Notes under the pieces: generated by a model
Database searches by the model: none
Told to the model about the DNA's origin: nothing
What the model saw: the letters and a program-made list of their open reading frames with translations, nothing else
Part shown: piece by piece, positions 9,820 to 21,080 of the stretch
How positions within the stretch are numbered: the stretch's first letter is position 1
How the letters are laid out: each line of letters begins with the position of its first letter
Made by a program: the position numbers and the translations under genes
DNA from: an uncultured Gammaproteobacteria bacterium
GTDB taxonomy: Bacteria > Patescibacteriota > Patescibacteriia > Magasanikbacterales > JBBTQS01
Direction of reading: 5' to 3'
NCBI GenBank assembly: GCA_964627525.1
Contig: CAZVIA010000004.1
Location: forward strand, 1,565-65,564
Length of the DNA stretch: 64,000 bases

Positions 9820-12800
9820 TTACTCTTTTACAAATCCTGTACCAGCTGGAATCCTTCGTCCAATAATCACGTTTTCTTTCAAACCTTCTAAGTAATCAAT
9901 CTTTCCTGTTACTGCAGCATTGATCAAGACTTTAGCAGTTTCTTGGAATGAAGCTGCTGACAAGAAACTTTGAGTAGACAAAGCAACACGAGAAATTCCC
10001 AAGAACAATTCATCAGCCAAAGCTGGTTTTTTAGATTTTTTCAAATCCAAGTTTGCCAAAAGAACTTGTGTTCGTTCAACAGTTTCACCTGGCAACAAAT
10101 CAGTATCACCAGCATCAGTAACCAACATACGAGAAAACATTTGTTTGATAATTACTTCAACATGTTTGTCATTCAATTTCTGTCCTTGTGAAGAATAAAT
10201 TTCCTGAATCTCTCTTAACACATAAACTTGCACAGCTTCTTTTCCTTTTAACTCATACAACTGATGAAGTTCCAAGTGTCCTTCTGTTAAAGCATCTCCA
10301 GTTGTCACTAAATCACCATTCTTAACAATAATTTTGTAACCAATTGGAATTACAAATTCTTTTTCATGCGTACCTTCATAAACCAAAAACATTTTACGTT
10401 TTTCAATTCTAATTGTACCTGCTGATGGAGATCTGTTTTCTTCACCTTCTGCAGTGACAAACAACATCTGATCTTTATCAACACTATCACCATCTTTTAC
10501 TTGCACATCATCTTTAACACGAACTTTATAAACTTGCTCATCAACACCTTCATACTGAACTTTAACAATTTTTTGACCACGTCGTCCTTCAAAAATTCTG
10601 CGACCACTTGGTGATTCAATTACACGCCCTTCTGCTGATTCAATTTGCACTGTTCCAGAAACATCTGTAACAAATGCTTTTTTCTTTGGCATGCGAGCCT
10701 CAAATAATTCTTCAACACGAGGCAAACCTTGTGTAATATCTTGACCAGCCACACCACCAGTATGGAAAGTTCTCATAGTCAGCTGCGTACCAGGCTCACC
10801 AATTGATTGAGCAGCAATAATTCCAACTGCTGTTCCCATTTCAACAGGTTTGTTTGATGCCAAATCAACACCATAGCATTTTTGACAAACACCCTTAGGC
10901 AAATCACACAACAAAACAGTTCGCACTTTAACTTCTTCAACTCCTTCAGCATCAATTTGACGAGACTGTTCTTCAGTAATCATGTCCCCAGCTCTTGCTA
11001 AAATCTTTTTGGACTTAGGTTTTTTCACATCTTCCAAAACATATCTACCACGGACACGTTCCATCAAAGTTTCTCCCATTACTTTTTCACTTTCTTCACG
11101 AGTGATTATAATTCCAGCTTCAGTACCACAATCTTCTTTCAAAATTACAACGTCTTGTGACACATCAACTAAACGACGAGTCAAATAACCAGCGTTCGCA
11201 GTACGCAAAGCAGTATCAGTCAAACCTTTACGCACACCATGACTTGAAATAAAGAATTCAAGAACTGAAAACCCTTCTTTAAAGTTTCCCTTAACAGGTA
11301 GCTCAATAATTTCACCAGCAGGGTTACTAACCAAACCTTTCATTCCAATAACCTGACCCAACTGACCCCATGATCCACGAGCACCAGATTCAATCATGGC
11401 ATGTACCGGACCATTTTGTTTAAGCACCTTGTTACTTTCTTTCAAAACACTATCTTTAACATCTGTCCAAATTCCAATAATTTTTGTGTATCTTTCATTT
11501 TGAGTAAGCAAACCTTCTTGATACTGTTCCTCAACTTCTGCAATTTTGAGATCTCCCTGACTAACAATATCTTTTTTCTCATGAACAAAAGGAAAATCAT
11601 CCATACCCAAAGAGTAACCAGATTTTGTTACATACTTAAAACCAAGTGCTTTCATTTTATCCAAAGTAGTAGAAGTTGTTCTTTCATCATATAACTCCAA
11701 AACCAAACGCACGATTTCTGCTAATTTTTTACCAGTCACAACTTCATTATACCAAGGCAACTTCTCTGGCAAAACACTATTAAATAAAATTCTACCAACT
11801 GTTGTAACTTTTCTTTCTTCCTCAAACGCAACTTCAATTGGTTCTTGCAAACTAATTTTTCTCATCTTATACGCAAGCTTAGCATCTTTAGGTGATGAAA
11901 ATCTTTTGATCTTTTCTTTATCTGCTTTTTCAACACTTGGGTTATCACTTGTTAGATAAAAACACCCAAGAGTAATATCTTGTTTAGGAGTAGCAATCGG
12001 GTTACCAGTAGCTGGTTTCAAAATATTTGTTTCAGCAGCCATCAAATTATTAGCTTCCCATTTTGCTTGTTCAGTCAAAGGAACATGCACAGCCATTTGG
12101 TCTCCATCAAAGTCAGCATTAAAAGCTGTACAAACCAAAGGATGAATTCTAATTGCCTTACCCTCAATCAATCTTGGTCTAAAAGCTTGAATACCAAGTC
12201 TGTGCAAAGTAGGAGCACGGTTTAACAACACACGTGCATCGTCATCCATAATTATTTCTTCCAAAATATCCCAAACCTCATCATGATCTGCTTCAATATA
12301 ACGTGAGGCACTTCTAATATTATGAGCATAACCTCTTTCAATAACTTTACTCATAACAAATGGTTTGAATAATTCCAACGCCATGCGTTTTGGCAAACCA
12401 CACTCACTCATGTTCATGTTTGGACCAACAACAATCACAGAACGACCAGAATAATCTGTTCTCTTACCAAGCAAGTTAGATCTAAAACGACCTTGTTTAC
12501 CTTTTAGGTTGTCTGCAATACTTCTCAACTTACGACGCTGTCCAGTTGAAGCTGTAACTGTTTTACTTCTACGCGCATCATTGTCAATCAAAGCATCAAC
12601 TGCTTCTTGCAACATTCTACGCTCGTTTCTTGTAATAACTTCTGGAGCATTTAAATCTAACAATCTTTTCAAACGATTGTTTCTATTAATCACACGCCTA
12701 TACAAATCATTTAAATCTGAAGTTGCAAAACGACCACCATCCAAAGCTACCATTGGACGCAAGTCTGGTGGAATAACAGGAATTGCATGTAAGATTGTCC

Positions 12801-13683
12801 AATGAGGTCTTATGTCATTTAAGCTCAAACTTTTTAACAACTTCACACGACGAATTAATTTATCGCGCTTTGCTGTTTTATTAGTTTTAATATCTTCCTC
12901 CAAAACTTCAATTGTTTTTTCAACATTTAATCTTTTCAATAAATACTCAATTGCCCCAGCTCCAATTTGTGCATCAAAAATATGCCCATATCGCAATGAC
13001 AATTCTTGAAAACCATTTTCAGACAAAAGTTTCAACGGAACAATTTCTTTTAACTCGCGCTCTGCATTTGAAAAATCATCTTCCAAAGAATCCATTTTCT
13101 CATCCATTTCCTTTTCAATGTTTTTAATATCTTTTGGACTTTCTACTTGAGCTTTCTTTTGCTTCAACTGATTCATTATTTGCTTGCGCTTGCTTTTGTA
13201 TTCATCCTTCAACTGATCTATTGTTTCTTTTTTCAAATCTTCATTAACATCAGTTACAATAAAATTCGCAAAGTAAATAACTTTTTCCAACATCTGAATT
13301 GATAAATCTAACACTGTTCCAATTTTTGAAGGAATTGATCGCAAAAACCAAATGTGAGTAACTGGTGTAGCTAATTCAATATGACCCATTCGTTCACGAC
13401 GAACCAAAGAGTGTGTTACTTCAACACCACATTTGTCACAAACTATTCCTTTGTAACGAACTTTTTTATACTTACCACAATAACACTCCCAGTCTTTTGT
13501 AGGTCCAAAAATTTCTTCAGCAAACAAACCACCTTTTTCTGGTTTTTGTGTTCTGTAATTAATTGTTTCTGGTTTTGAAATTTCACCATTGGACCAACTG
13601 CGAATAACTTCTGGAGAAGCAATACGCAAACGCATTGCATCAAATTCCATTGTGTGAAGATTGTCTTTTGTTAAGTTAGGCAT
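9820..13683 (-). CDS. rpoC: RNA polymerase beta-prime subunit
   Basis: NADFDGDQM catalytic motif, N-terminal Zn finger, GEPGTQLTMRTFH. Confidence 0.99.
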   Translation of the reverse strand: MPNLTKDNLHTMEFDAMRLRIASPEVIRSWSNGEISKPETINYRTQKPEKGGLFAEEIFGPTKDWECYCGKYKKVRYKGIVCDKCGVEVTHSLVRRERMGHIELATPVTHIWFLRSIPSKIGTVLDLSIQMLEKVIYFANFIVTDVNEDLKKETIDQLKDEYKSKRKQIMNQLKQKKAQVESPKDIKNIEKEMDEKMDSLEDDFSNAERELKEIVPLKLLSENGFQELSLRYGHIFDAQIGAGAIEYLLKRLNVEKTIEVLEEDIKTNKTAKRDKLIRRVKLLKSLSLNDIRPHWTILHAIPVIPPDLRPMVALDGGRFATSDLNDLYRRVINRNNRLKRLLDLNAPEVITRNERRMLQEAVDALIDNDARRSKTVTASTGQRRKLRSIADNLKGKQGRFRSNLLGKRTDYSGRSVIVVGPNMNMSECGLPKRMALELFKPFVMSKVIERGYAHNIRSASRYIEADHDEVWDILEEIIMDDDARVLLNRAPTLHRLGIQAFRPRLIEGKAIRIHPLVCTAFNADFDGDQMAVHVPLTEQAKWEANNLMAAETNILKPATGNPIATPKQDITLGCFYLTSDNPSVEKADKEKIKRFSSPKDAKLAYKMRKISLQEPIEVAFEEERKVTTVGRILFNSVLPEKLPWYNEVVTGKKLAEIVRLVLELYDERTTSTTLDKMKALGFKYVTKSGYSLGMDDFPFVHEKKDIVSQGDLKIAEVEEQYQEGLLTQNERYTKIIGIWTDVKDSVLKESNKVLKQNGPVHAMIESGARGSWGQLGQVIGMKGLVSNPAGEIIELPVKGNFKEGFSVLEFFISSHGVRKGLTDTALRTANAGYLTRRLVDVSQDVVILKEDCGTEAGIIITREESEKVMGETLMERVRGRYVLEDVKKPKSKKILARAGDMITEEQSRQIDAEGVEEVKVRTVLLCDLPKGVCQKCYGVDLASNKPVEMGTAVGIIAAQSIGEPGTQLTMRTFHTGGVAGQDITQGLPRVEELFEARMPKKKAFVTDVSGTVQIESAEGRVIESPSGRRIFEGRRGQKIVKVQYEGVDEQVYKVRVKDDVQVKDGDSVDKDQMLFVTAEGEENRSPSAGTIRIEKRKMFLVYEGTHEKEFVIPIGYKIIVKNGDLVTTGDALTEGHLELHQLYELKGKEAVQVYVLREIQEIYSSQGQKLNDKHVEVIIKQMFSRMLVTDAGDTDLLPGETVERTQVLLANLDLKKSKKPALADELFLGISRVALSTQSFLSAASFQETAKVLINAAVTGKIDYLEGLKENVIIGRRIPAGTGFVKE

Positions 13684-13694
13684 ATTTGTAGAAA

Positions 13695-16600
13695 TTATTC
13701 TTTATCTTTCTTTTCTGGCTCTGACTTTTTTTCTGGTGGATCAGAATCTTCTTCTTCCTCTTCTATATCTTCCAGATCTTCAAGACGTATGTACTGACCT
13801 TTTTGTTTTTTAAGTAACTCCACATCAAGACACAACCCTTTAAGCTCGCGCGTTAGAACGTGAAATGATTCTGGAATATTAATTTTTGTAATTGGCTCTC
13901 CTTTAATAATTGACTCATAAGCCTTACTTCTACCAGGAACATCATCAGATTTAATTGTCAAAATTTCTTGCAAAGTTTGCGAAGCACCATAAGCCTCCAA
14001 AGCCCAAACTTCCATTTCTCCAAATCTCTGACCACCAAACTGTGCTTTACCACCAAGTGGCTGTTGTGAAATCAAACTGTATGGCCCAATTGAACGTTGG
14101 TGAATTTTATCTTCAACCATGTGGTTCAATTTCAACATATATGTATAACCAACTGTTGTTTTGTGATCAAAAGCTTCACCAGTACGACCATCATATAATT
14201 GTGATTGACCATCAGCTGAAAAACCATTTTCCTCAAGCAATTCTTTAATCTTTGTTTCTGGAATTCCATTCAAAGGAGGTGTAGCAACACGGACTCCCAT
14301 TGAGTTTGCAGCCAAACCAATATGTGTTTCCAAAACCTGCCCAAGGTTCATACGAGAAATAACTCCCAAAGGACTTAAAATAATATCCACTGGAGTACCA
14401 TCTTCTAAAAATGGCATATCACCCGCTGGAACTACTTTTGAAATAACACCCTTGTTACCGTGACGTCCTGCCATTTTATCTCCAACTTGAATTTTACGAA
14501 GATCAGCAACAGTAACTTGAATTTGTTTAATCACTCCAGGCTGCAACTTGTCTCCTTCTTCTGCTGAAAAAACTTTTACATCAATTACTTTTCCATGTTC
14601 ACCATGTTCTAAGTATTTTGAAGAGTCACGAACATCACGAGCTTTTTCTCCAAAAATCGCTCGCAACAATTTTTCTTCTGCTGAAAGTTCAGTTTCACCC
14701 TTAGGAGTAATTTTTCCAACCAAGATGTCACCTGATTTTACTTCAGCACCAATTCGCACAACTCCTTCTGAATCTAAGTTTTTTAATTTTTCTTCACTTA
14801 CGTTTGGAATATCTGATGTTACAACTTCTGGTCCTAATTTTGTTTCTCGTACATCAATCACATAATCTTCAATATGAACTGAAGTGTATCTATCATCATG
14901 TACCAAACGTTCTGAAATAATTACAGCATCCTCATAATTGTACCCATCCCAAACCATGTATGCTACCAAAATATTTTGACCTAAAGCCAACTCACCATTT
15001 TCAGTTGAAGGACCATCGGCCATCACATCGTCTTTTTTAACTTTTTGACCGGTCTTTACAATTGGTCTTTGGTTAATTGATGTTGAATGGTTTGAGCGAA
15101 CAAATTTATTTAAGTAATAAGTTTTTTCACCAACTTTTTTTCCATAATCAACTATGATATGCCCACTATCAACTTCTTTTACTTTTCCGGTTGCTTCTGC
15201 CAAAATCACATGACCTGAATCTTTTGCAGCTGCATACTCAAGGCCAGTTCCAACCATTGGAGAGTCTGGAGAAATACAAGGCACTGCCTGACGTTGCATG
15301 TTTGTTCCCATAAGAGCACGCGTTGCATCATCATGTTCTAAAAATGGAATCATACCAGTTGCAATTGAAATAATCTGATTTGACGCAACGTCCATGTAAT
15401 CAATTTTATCTACATCTTCAAATCCCGGAACTCCGTGTTTTCGCACGGCAGTTTTTTCATTTATAAAATATCCATTTTCATCAATCGCAGTTGTCGCACT
15501 AACTGTTGTAGATTTTTCTTCTTGAAAAGCATTTAAATACTCAATCTCATTTGTAACTTTTGGTCGTCCATTTTCATCCTTAATAATTTTTCTATAAGGA
15601 GTTTCAATAAAACCAAAATCATTTACAATTGCATATGATGCCAAGTGACCAACCAAACCAATGTTCGGTCCTTCAGGAGTTGCAATTGGACAAATACGAC
15701 CATAGTGAGTTGTGTGTACATCACGAACATCAAATCCCGCACGATCTCTAGACAAACCTCCAGGCCCTAAAGCTGAAAGACGTCGCTTGTGTTCTAACTC
15801 TGCCAAAGGATTTGTTTGATCCATAAATTGTGAAAGCTGTGATGACATAAAAAACTCTCGCACAGCTCCAATAACAGGTCGCGCATTTATTAATTTACTT
15901 GGCGTCAAAGAATCCAACTCATAAGTACTCATTCTATCTTTAACAATTCTTTCCATTCTTGAAAGACCAACACGAAATCTATTTTGTACTAACTCACCAA
16001 TCGCACGAATACGACGATTACCTAAGTGATCAATATCATCCGCTTCTTCTTGAGTAACATTTAAACGAATTACTTCTTTAATAATCATTAACAAATCTTC
16101 CCTGCGCAAAATTCTTGTTTCACGAATATTTTTTCCCTCAAGATCTTCTGGAGTACTTTCAATTCCAAAACGTCCATTCATTTTGTATCGCCCTACCCTA
16201 CCCAAATCATAACGATCAAAATTAAAAAACATTGCATGAATAAGCGAACGCGCATTATCAACTGTTGCCAAATCACCTGGACGAATTCTTTTGTAAACTT
16301 CTTGCAACCCCTCTTCTTCATTTGCAGTGTGATCTTTTTTCAAAGTTGATTCAATATAATCAATTTGTGGATGAGTGTTAACCTCATTAAGTAACTCACG
16401 AAGTTGTTCTGTTTCTGAAAAACCAAATGCGCGCAACAACGAAGTGATTGCAATTTTTCTTTTACGATCAACTTTTGCCCAAAGCACATTATTGCTATCT
16501 GTTTCAATTTCAATCCAAGCTCCACGGTTTGGAATAATTTTTGCTCCATAGTGCCTTCTACCGCGTACATTTTCTGAAGTAAAAAATACACCAGGACTTC

Positions 16601-17018
16601 TAATCAATTGAGAAACAATTACACGTTCAATTCCATTTACAACAAAAGTTCCTCTTTCAGTCATCAGAGGAATATCACCAAGATAAACTTCCTGACTTTT
16701 TTCTTCTTTTGTTCTGTTGTTTACCAAACGAGCTTTTACACGAATAGGTGCCTCATAAGTAATATTCTTTTTTCTACAAGTCACTTCATCAAATTTTGGC
16801 TCATCAAAATAATATTCTTCAAAATAAAGTTCCAAATCACGACCTGTAAAATCGTTAATTGGTGAGACTTCATCAAACAATTCTTTGATTCCAGTTTCAA
16901 AAAACCATTTATACGAAGTTTTTTGGATTTGAGTAAGGTCTGGCAAATCCATAGCAGGAAGCATGTCTGTGAAAAACTTTCTGTCAGGAGCCAATTCTTT
17001 TGTTCTTTTAAATGTCAT
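13695..17018 (-). CDS. rpoB: RNA polymerase beta subunit
   Basis: [33 protein letters not shown]. Confidence 0.99.
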   Translation of the reverse strand: MTFKRTKELAPDRKFFTDMLPAMDLPDLTQIQKTSYKWFFETGIKELFDEVSPINDFTGRDLELYFEEYYFDEPKFDEVTCRKKNITYEAPIRVKARLVNNRTKEEKSQEVYLGDIPLMTERGTFVVNGIERVIVSQLIRSPGVFFTSENVRGRRHYGAKIIPNRGAWIEIETDSNNVLWAKVDRKRKIAITSLLRAFGFSETEQLRELLNEVNTHPQIDYIESTLKKDHTANEEEGLQEVYKRIRPGDLATVDNARSLIHAMFFNFDRYDLGRVGRYKMNGRFGIESTPEDLEGKNIRETRILRREDLLMIIKEVIRLNVTQEEADDIDHLGNRRIRAIGELVQNRFRVGLSRMERIVKDRMSTYELDSLTPSKLINARPVIGAVREFFMSSQLSQFMDQTNPLAELEHKRRLSALGPGGLSRDRAGFDVRDVHTTHYGRICPIATPEGPNIGLVGHLASYAIVNDFGFIETPYRKIIKDENGRPKVTNEIEYLNAFQEEKSTTVSATTAIDENGYFINEKTAVRKHGVPGFEDVDKIDYMDVASNQIISIATGMIPFLEHDDATRALMGTNMQRQAVPCISPDSPMVGTGLEYAAAKDSGHVILAEATGKVKEVDSGHIIVDYGKKVGEKTYYLNKFVRSNHSTSINQRPIVKTGQKVKKDDVMADGPSTENGELALGQNILVAYMVWDGYNYEDAVIISERLVHDDRYTSVHIEDYVIDVRETKLGPEVVTSDIPNVSEEKLKNLDSEGVVRIGAEVKSGDILVGKITPKGETELSAEEKLLRAIFGEKARDVRDSSKYLEHGEHGKVIDVKVFSAEEGDKLQPGVIKQIQVTVADLRKIQVGDKMAGRHGNKGVISKVVPAGDMPFLEDGTPVDIILSPLGVISRMNLGQVLETHIGLAANSMGVRVATPPLNGIPETKIKELLEENGFSADGQSQLYDGRTGEAFDHKTTVGYTYMLKLNHMVEDKIHQRSIGPYSLISQQPLGGKAQFGGQRFGEMEVWALEAYGASQTLQEILTIKSDDVPGRSKAYESIIKGEPITKINIPESFHVLTRELKGLCLDVELLKKQKGQYIRLEDLEDIEEEEEDSDPPEKKSEPEKKDKE

Positions 17019-17170
17019 AGTTTTTATAAAACAAAAAACCTTCCCAAGTGATTTTGGGAGATCTTATGATGTGTAAGGGATTGATAATTTTACTAAATAT
17101 TGCAAGGGAGTCATGGGGTTGTTGATACCTTGCACGCAGTAATACTAATGAGAACCGCGAGTCCGGCGCT

Positions 17171-17199
17171 AGTATAGCTTACTTATCAACACATGTCAA
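17171..17199 (-). promoter_or_regulatory. sigma70-type promoter of rpoBC
   Basis: TTGACA-17 bp-TATACT on minus strand. Confidence 0.75.
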
Positions 17200-17429
17200 A
17201 TTTTATGAGCTTGTCAAGGGTGTGTAAATTTTAGCTAATTTTAGCTAAATTCTAGGTTTTCTATAAAAATCCTAAAAACTTATGTACAACTTATCCCCAG
17301 AATAGTGCTTAAACAACCTAAAGACTTGACAAAACCTAACAAATATGTTATATTTTATTGTCTGGCGGAACAGTACAACCTTCATTGGCTACACTGAACC
17401 AAAAGAAAAAAGTGTTATAATCCCAGTAT

Positions 17430-17591
17430 ATGAAGAATTTTTCCAAAAAAATCACAATTACTGGCGATGCAGATACTTTGAAAAAAACAAGAGCAGGTTT
17501 TCATAAAAAAACCCAAAAGCACGCTACAAATAAACAAGATCGCCAAAAAATCAAGCAAAATACTAAAAAAATGCTTGAAGAATCTCAATAA
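17430..17591 (+). CDS. Small basic protein, 53 aa (not in ORF track)
   Basis: MKNFSKKITITGDADTLKKTRAGFHKKTQKHATNKQDRQKIKQNTKKMLEESQ; TGnTATAAT at 17413-17421, 8 nt before ATG. Confidence 0.55.
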   Translation: MKNFSKKITITGDADTLKKTRAGFHKKTQKHATNKQDRQKIKQNTKKMLEESQ

Positions 17592-17611
17592 ACCGCAAAA
17601 ATTAACAGAAA

Positions 17612-17788
17612 TAAACGCGGAGGGGAGAGGGTTGTGTCTTTAGCTTAATGCATTAGACATAATTTTGTGACTGTTGCAGGAATATTACGGCCATGGCTGC
17701 AATATTATCTACAGCACCACAGTTTGTACGACAGGACTTGGTTTTACCAAACACCATTGTACTCTCCCTCCACGTTTGCATCTGTTAA
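17612..17788. ncRNA. Multi-branched structured element (candidate ncRNA)
   Basis: Closing arms TTAACAGA..AAACGCGGAGGGGAGAG / CTCTCCCTCCACGTTT..TCTGTTAA enclosing three hairpins. Confidence 0.4.
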
Positions 17789-17834
17789 ACTTGTCGCGCT
17801 TGACACTAACGTCGATTGTATCCATACTAAGGAG

Positions 17835-18033
17835 GCAACGGCGTTTTTTGTTTAATCTATTTATTTAAAATCTTCGTTTGAGGGCTGCGGATGAACATAT
17901 ACAACAGCCATACACAGGTTGAGACAGCAAAACTCTCTCCTCACTTTGATCCTTTGGATCAAGGTAGCTATCTCCCTATGCATGGCTATAACCGTATGAT
18001 GTTTTGTTCGCAGCCCTGATGCGGAGATTTTTT
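17835..18033 (+). ncRNA. Rod-shaped candidate ncRNA (6S-like size)
   Basis: TTGACA-17-CATACT at 17800-17828; long imperfect hairpin about 17867-18031 ending in a T run. Confidence 0.45.
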
Positions 18034-18064
18034 AATTGATTTTTGCTATAATGAATCACGAACT

Positions 18065-20371
18065 ATGGCAAAACGCCGACGTCAAAAAAAGAAAGAGTCT
18101 TGGTGGGGGTCTGCACTAAATCCTGAAATCAAACGAGGGGTTGTAGCGGTCTTTTTGTTTATACTAGCAATACTTGCTGGCTTAAGCTTTTTTGGTTTAG
18201 CTGGACTGCTCGGACAATTTATTAACGACTTATTTTCTATATTATTTGGTGTTGCAAAATATGCAATGCCTATTTTACTTGTGATCTGGGCAATTTTAAT
18301 TGAACGTGAGGATGAATACGAGTATAGACCTACACATGTAATCGGAGTTATATTAACTGCTTTGTGTGTAACTAGTTTAATTCATTTGTTTTTAGGTGGT
18401 GAAGATAAAATTGCAACAGCTTTAATTGGACAAGGTGGTGGTTTATTTGGCCTAGCACTAAGTTATCCTCTGGGAATGGCTTTTGATTTTTGGGTAACAC
18501 TTGTAATCCTAGTTGCTTTGTTAATGATGGCTTTGTTGTTTTTGTTTAATACTTCCCTTACTGCAATCTTTGACACACAACTTTGGTTTATTGAAATTAT
18601 AAAACGCATTGGATCATGGTTTGTTCGCTTAATTGGAATAATTTTTAGAATTGATCGCTTAAGAGTTTTTGGTGCTTATGAGGATGGCGACGATGAATCA
18701 GGTTTTTCACAAAAACGTCTTGGAGAAAACAATGAAATGGAAGATGCTTTTGAAGATGAAGAAGATTATGATGAGGATGATGAAGAAGATGACTCTGAAA
18801 GTGGTCGCAAAAAAACTCCTCGCAAAAATCCTTTCAAACTTACAAGCATAAAAGGTTTGCCTCCTTTAGATTTATTATCTAGCAACTCAAGCAAACCAAC
18901 TTCAGGAGATATTAAATCAAATGCACAAGTTATAAAAGAAACACTAGATCACTTTGGAATTGAAATTGATTTAGGTGATGTGCGAGTTGGCCCAACTGTT
19001 ACTCAATATACAATTAAGCCTTTGCGTGGAACAAAACTATCTCGCATCACTGGTCTATCTAATGACTTGGCTTTGGAATTAGCAGCACACCCAATTCGTA
19101 TTGAAGCTCCAATCCCTGGTAAGTCTTTGGTTGGAATTGAAGTTCCAAATCAAAAAATTGCAATGGTAACTTTAAAAGAATTATTAAGTGCACCTCCTTT
19201 TAAGGAACGCGAACACAACATGATGGTTGCTCTAGGTAAAGATGTTGCTGGTCATGTGTGGTTTGCTGATTTGCCAAAAATGCCACACATGTTAGTTGCA
19301 GGTGCAACTGGTTCTGGTAAAACAGTTTGTTTAAACACAATTATTTTGAGTTTGTTATATCAAAATACACCAGACATGTTGCGATTTATTTTTGTTGATC
19401 CAAAAAGAGTTGAGTTAACAATGTACAATGGAATTCCACACTTGCTTACACCAGTAATCACAGATGTGAAAAAAACAGTAAATGCTTTGCGCTGGACTAT
19501 CAATGAAATGGAACGTCGTTTTGATTTATTATCTAAATGTAAAAAACGAGACATTGGATCATACAATAAAACTGCCAAAGAAAAAATGCCTTACATAGTT
19601 TTTGTTGTTGATGAGTTGGCAGATTTAATGGCAACAAATGCACGCGATGTTGAAGCTGGAATTGTTCGGTTAGCACAAATGGCTCGTGCAGTTGGTATTC
19701 ACTTGATTTTGGCAACACAAAGACCAAGTGTTGATGTAATTACTGGTTTAATCAAAGCAAACATTCCAGCAAGAGTTGCATTTTCAGTTGCTTCTATAAC
19801 TGACTCTCGCACTATTTTAGATTGTGCTGGTGCAGATAAATTATTAGGACGCGGAGATATGCTGTTCTTAAGCCCTTCTTTGTCTAAGCCAAAACGACTA
19901 CAAGGTGCTTTTGTTTCAGACCATGAATTAAAAGGTGTTTCTAGATTTTTGAAAGATGATTATGTGCCTGAATATGATGATTCAATAGTTGAAAAAGGTG
20001 GTGGGTCTAGTGCTGGCAGTGCTTCTGTTTTTGGTGGTGGTGATGATCATGATGATTTATTTGAAGAAGCTCGTGATTTAATTATTGAAGCAGGAAAAGC
20101 TTCTGCATCATTTTTACAAAGAAGATTAAGAGTTGGTTATGCTCGTGCAGCTAGAATTTTGGATGAATTAGAAGAAGCTGGAATTGTTGGTCCTGCTCGT
20201 GGAGCAAAACCTCGTGAAATTTTAATAACTGAAAAAGTTATTGCAGAAGAAGATATTGTTGAAGTTGAGGAGGTGGATGGTGAGGAAGAATATGAAGAAG
20301 AGGACGAAGGCGATGATATGGGCGAAAAATATGAAGAGGATGAGGAAGAGGACGAAGAAGATAAATTATGA
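18065..20371 (+). CDS. ftsK: DNA translocase FtsK/SpoIIIE
   Basis: 4TM N-terminus, AGATGSGKT Walker A, ATQRPS, gamma domain LQRRLRVGYARAAR. Confidence 0.96.
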   Translation: MAKRRRQKKKESWWGSALNPEIKRGVVAVFLFILAILAGLSFFGLAGLLGQFINDLFSILFGVAKYAMPILLVIWAILIEREDEYEYRPTHVIGVILTALCVTSLIHLFLGGEDKIATALIGQGGGLFGLALSYPLGMAFDFWVTLVILVALLMMALLFLFNTSLTAIFDTQLWFIEIIKRIGSWFVRLIGIIFRIDRLRVFGAYEDGDDESGFSQKRLGENNEMEDAFEDEEDYDEDDEEDDSESGRKKTPRKNPFKLTSIKGLPPLDLLSSNSSKPTSGDIKSNAQVIKETLDHFGIEIDLGDVRVGPTVTQYTIKPLRGTKLSRITGLSNDLALELAAHPIRIEAPIPGKSLVGIEVPNQKIAMVTLKELLSAPPFKEREHNMMVALGKDVAGHVWFADLPKMPHMLVAGATGSGKTVCLNTIILSLLYQNTPDMLRFIFVDPKRVELTMYNGIPHLLTPVITDVKKTVNALRWTINEMERRFDLLSKCKKRDIGSYNKTAKEKMPYIVFVVDELADLMATNARDVEAGIVRLAQMARAVGIHLILATQRPSVDVITGLIKANIPARVAFSVASITDSRTILDCAGADKLLGRGDMLFLSPSLSKPKRLQGAFVSDHELKGVSRFLKDDYVPEYDDSIVEKGGGSSAGSASVFGGGDDHDDLFEEARDLIIEAGKASASFLQRRLRVGYARAARILDELEEAGIVGPARGAKPREILITEKVIAEEDIVEVEEVDGEEEYEEEDEGDDMGEKYEEDEEEDEEDKL

Positions 20372-21009
20372 AACAAGAGCTTTGTGTTCGTATAAAAGCT
20401 CTTAGAAAATCTACAGGAGTTACCTTACATGAACTTTCAGAAAAAACTCATATCCCCTTGCATCATCTTAGGGCATTAGAAAAATGCGAGTATCATAAAT
20501 TACCAGAAGGTGTTTACCGCAAAGCATTGGTTAAAAAAATTGTTAAAGCTTTGGACTCAAAACCAGAAAGTTTTGTGAGTGATTTGGTGACACATGAATG
20601 TGAAACAAGTTGGAAAGAATGTGTCACACAAAAAAAATTCAACTTATCAACATTAGCTCGAGGTGCAGTGATTTTTTTAATTGTTGCTTTGGTTGGAAGT
20701 TATTTAGGAATGCATTTATACGGATTACTACGCTCACCTATTTTGGAAATCCAAGTACCAGCAGAAGGTCAGGTAGTTCACAACCCAATAATTGAAATTA
20801 AAGGCAAAACAGATTCTGGTACAAATATTCATATAAACGGGATAGAAGTTCTATCTTCTAACTCGGGAATTTTTGAGCAAGATGTGGCTTTACACGAAGG
20901 AAATAATGAAATTCTAATTGTGGCGAAGAAAAAACTTGGAGCTACAACTGAAATTGTGCGGTCAATAATTTTTGACCCAAAAAAAATTGAACTTGCGCCA
21001 GAGAAATAA
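20368..21009 (+). CDS. RodZ-like HTH-TM protein with C-terminal Ig-like domain
   Basis: N-terminal HTH, single TM, LHEGNNEI beta-rich domain; follows ftsK. Confidence 0.7.
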   Translation: MKQELCVRIKALRKSTGVTLHELSEKTHIPLHHLRALEKCEYHKLPEGVYRKALVKKIVKALDSKPESFVSDLVTHECETSWKECVTQKKFNLSTLARGAVIFLIVALVGSYLGMHLYGLLRSPILEIQVPAEGQVVHNPIIEIKGKTDSGTNIHINGIEVLSSNSGIFEQDVALHEGNNEILIVAKKKLGATTEIVRSIIFDPKKIELAPEK

Positions 21010-21080
21010 GCAATGTAAAATACAATAACTTAAGAGGAAGGAGGGCTAGCCTCTTTTTCTAATACTTTTAAATAAAATAT

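Noticed and set aside
17229-17250. Tandem TTAGCTAA words with 10-bp period (also near 40497, 58961, 59647)
   Set aside because: Short and AT-rich; cannot be separated from chance without a genome-wide count
20255-20370. GAA/GAG/GAT-rich tract
   Set aside because: Encodes the acidic low-complexity tail of FtsK, not a separate repeat element
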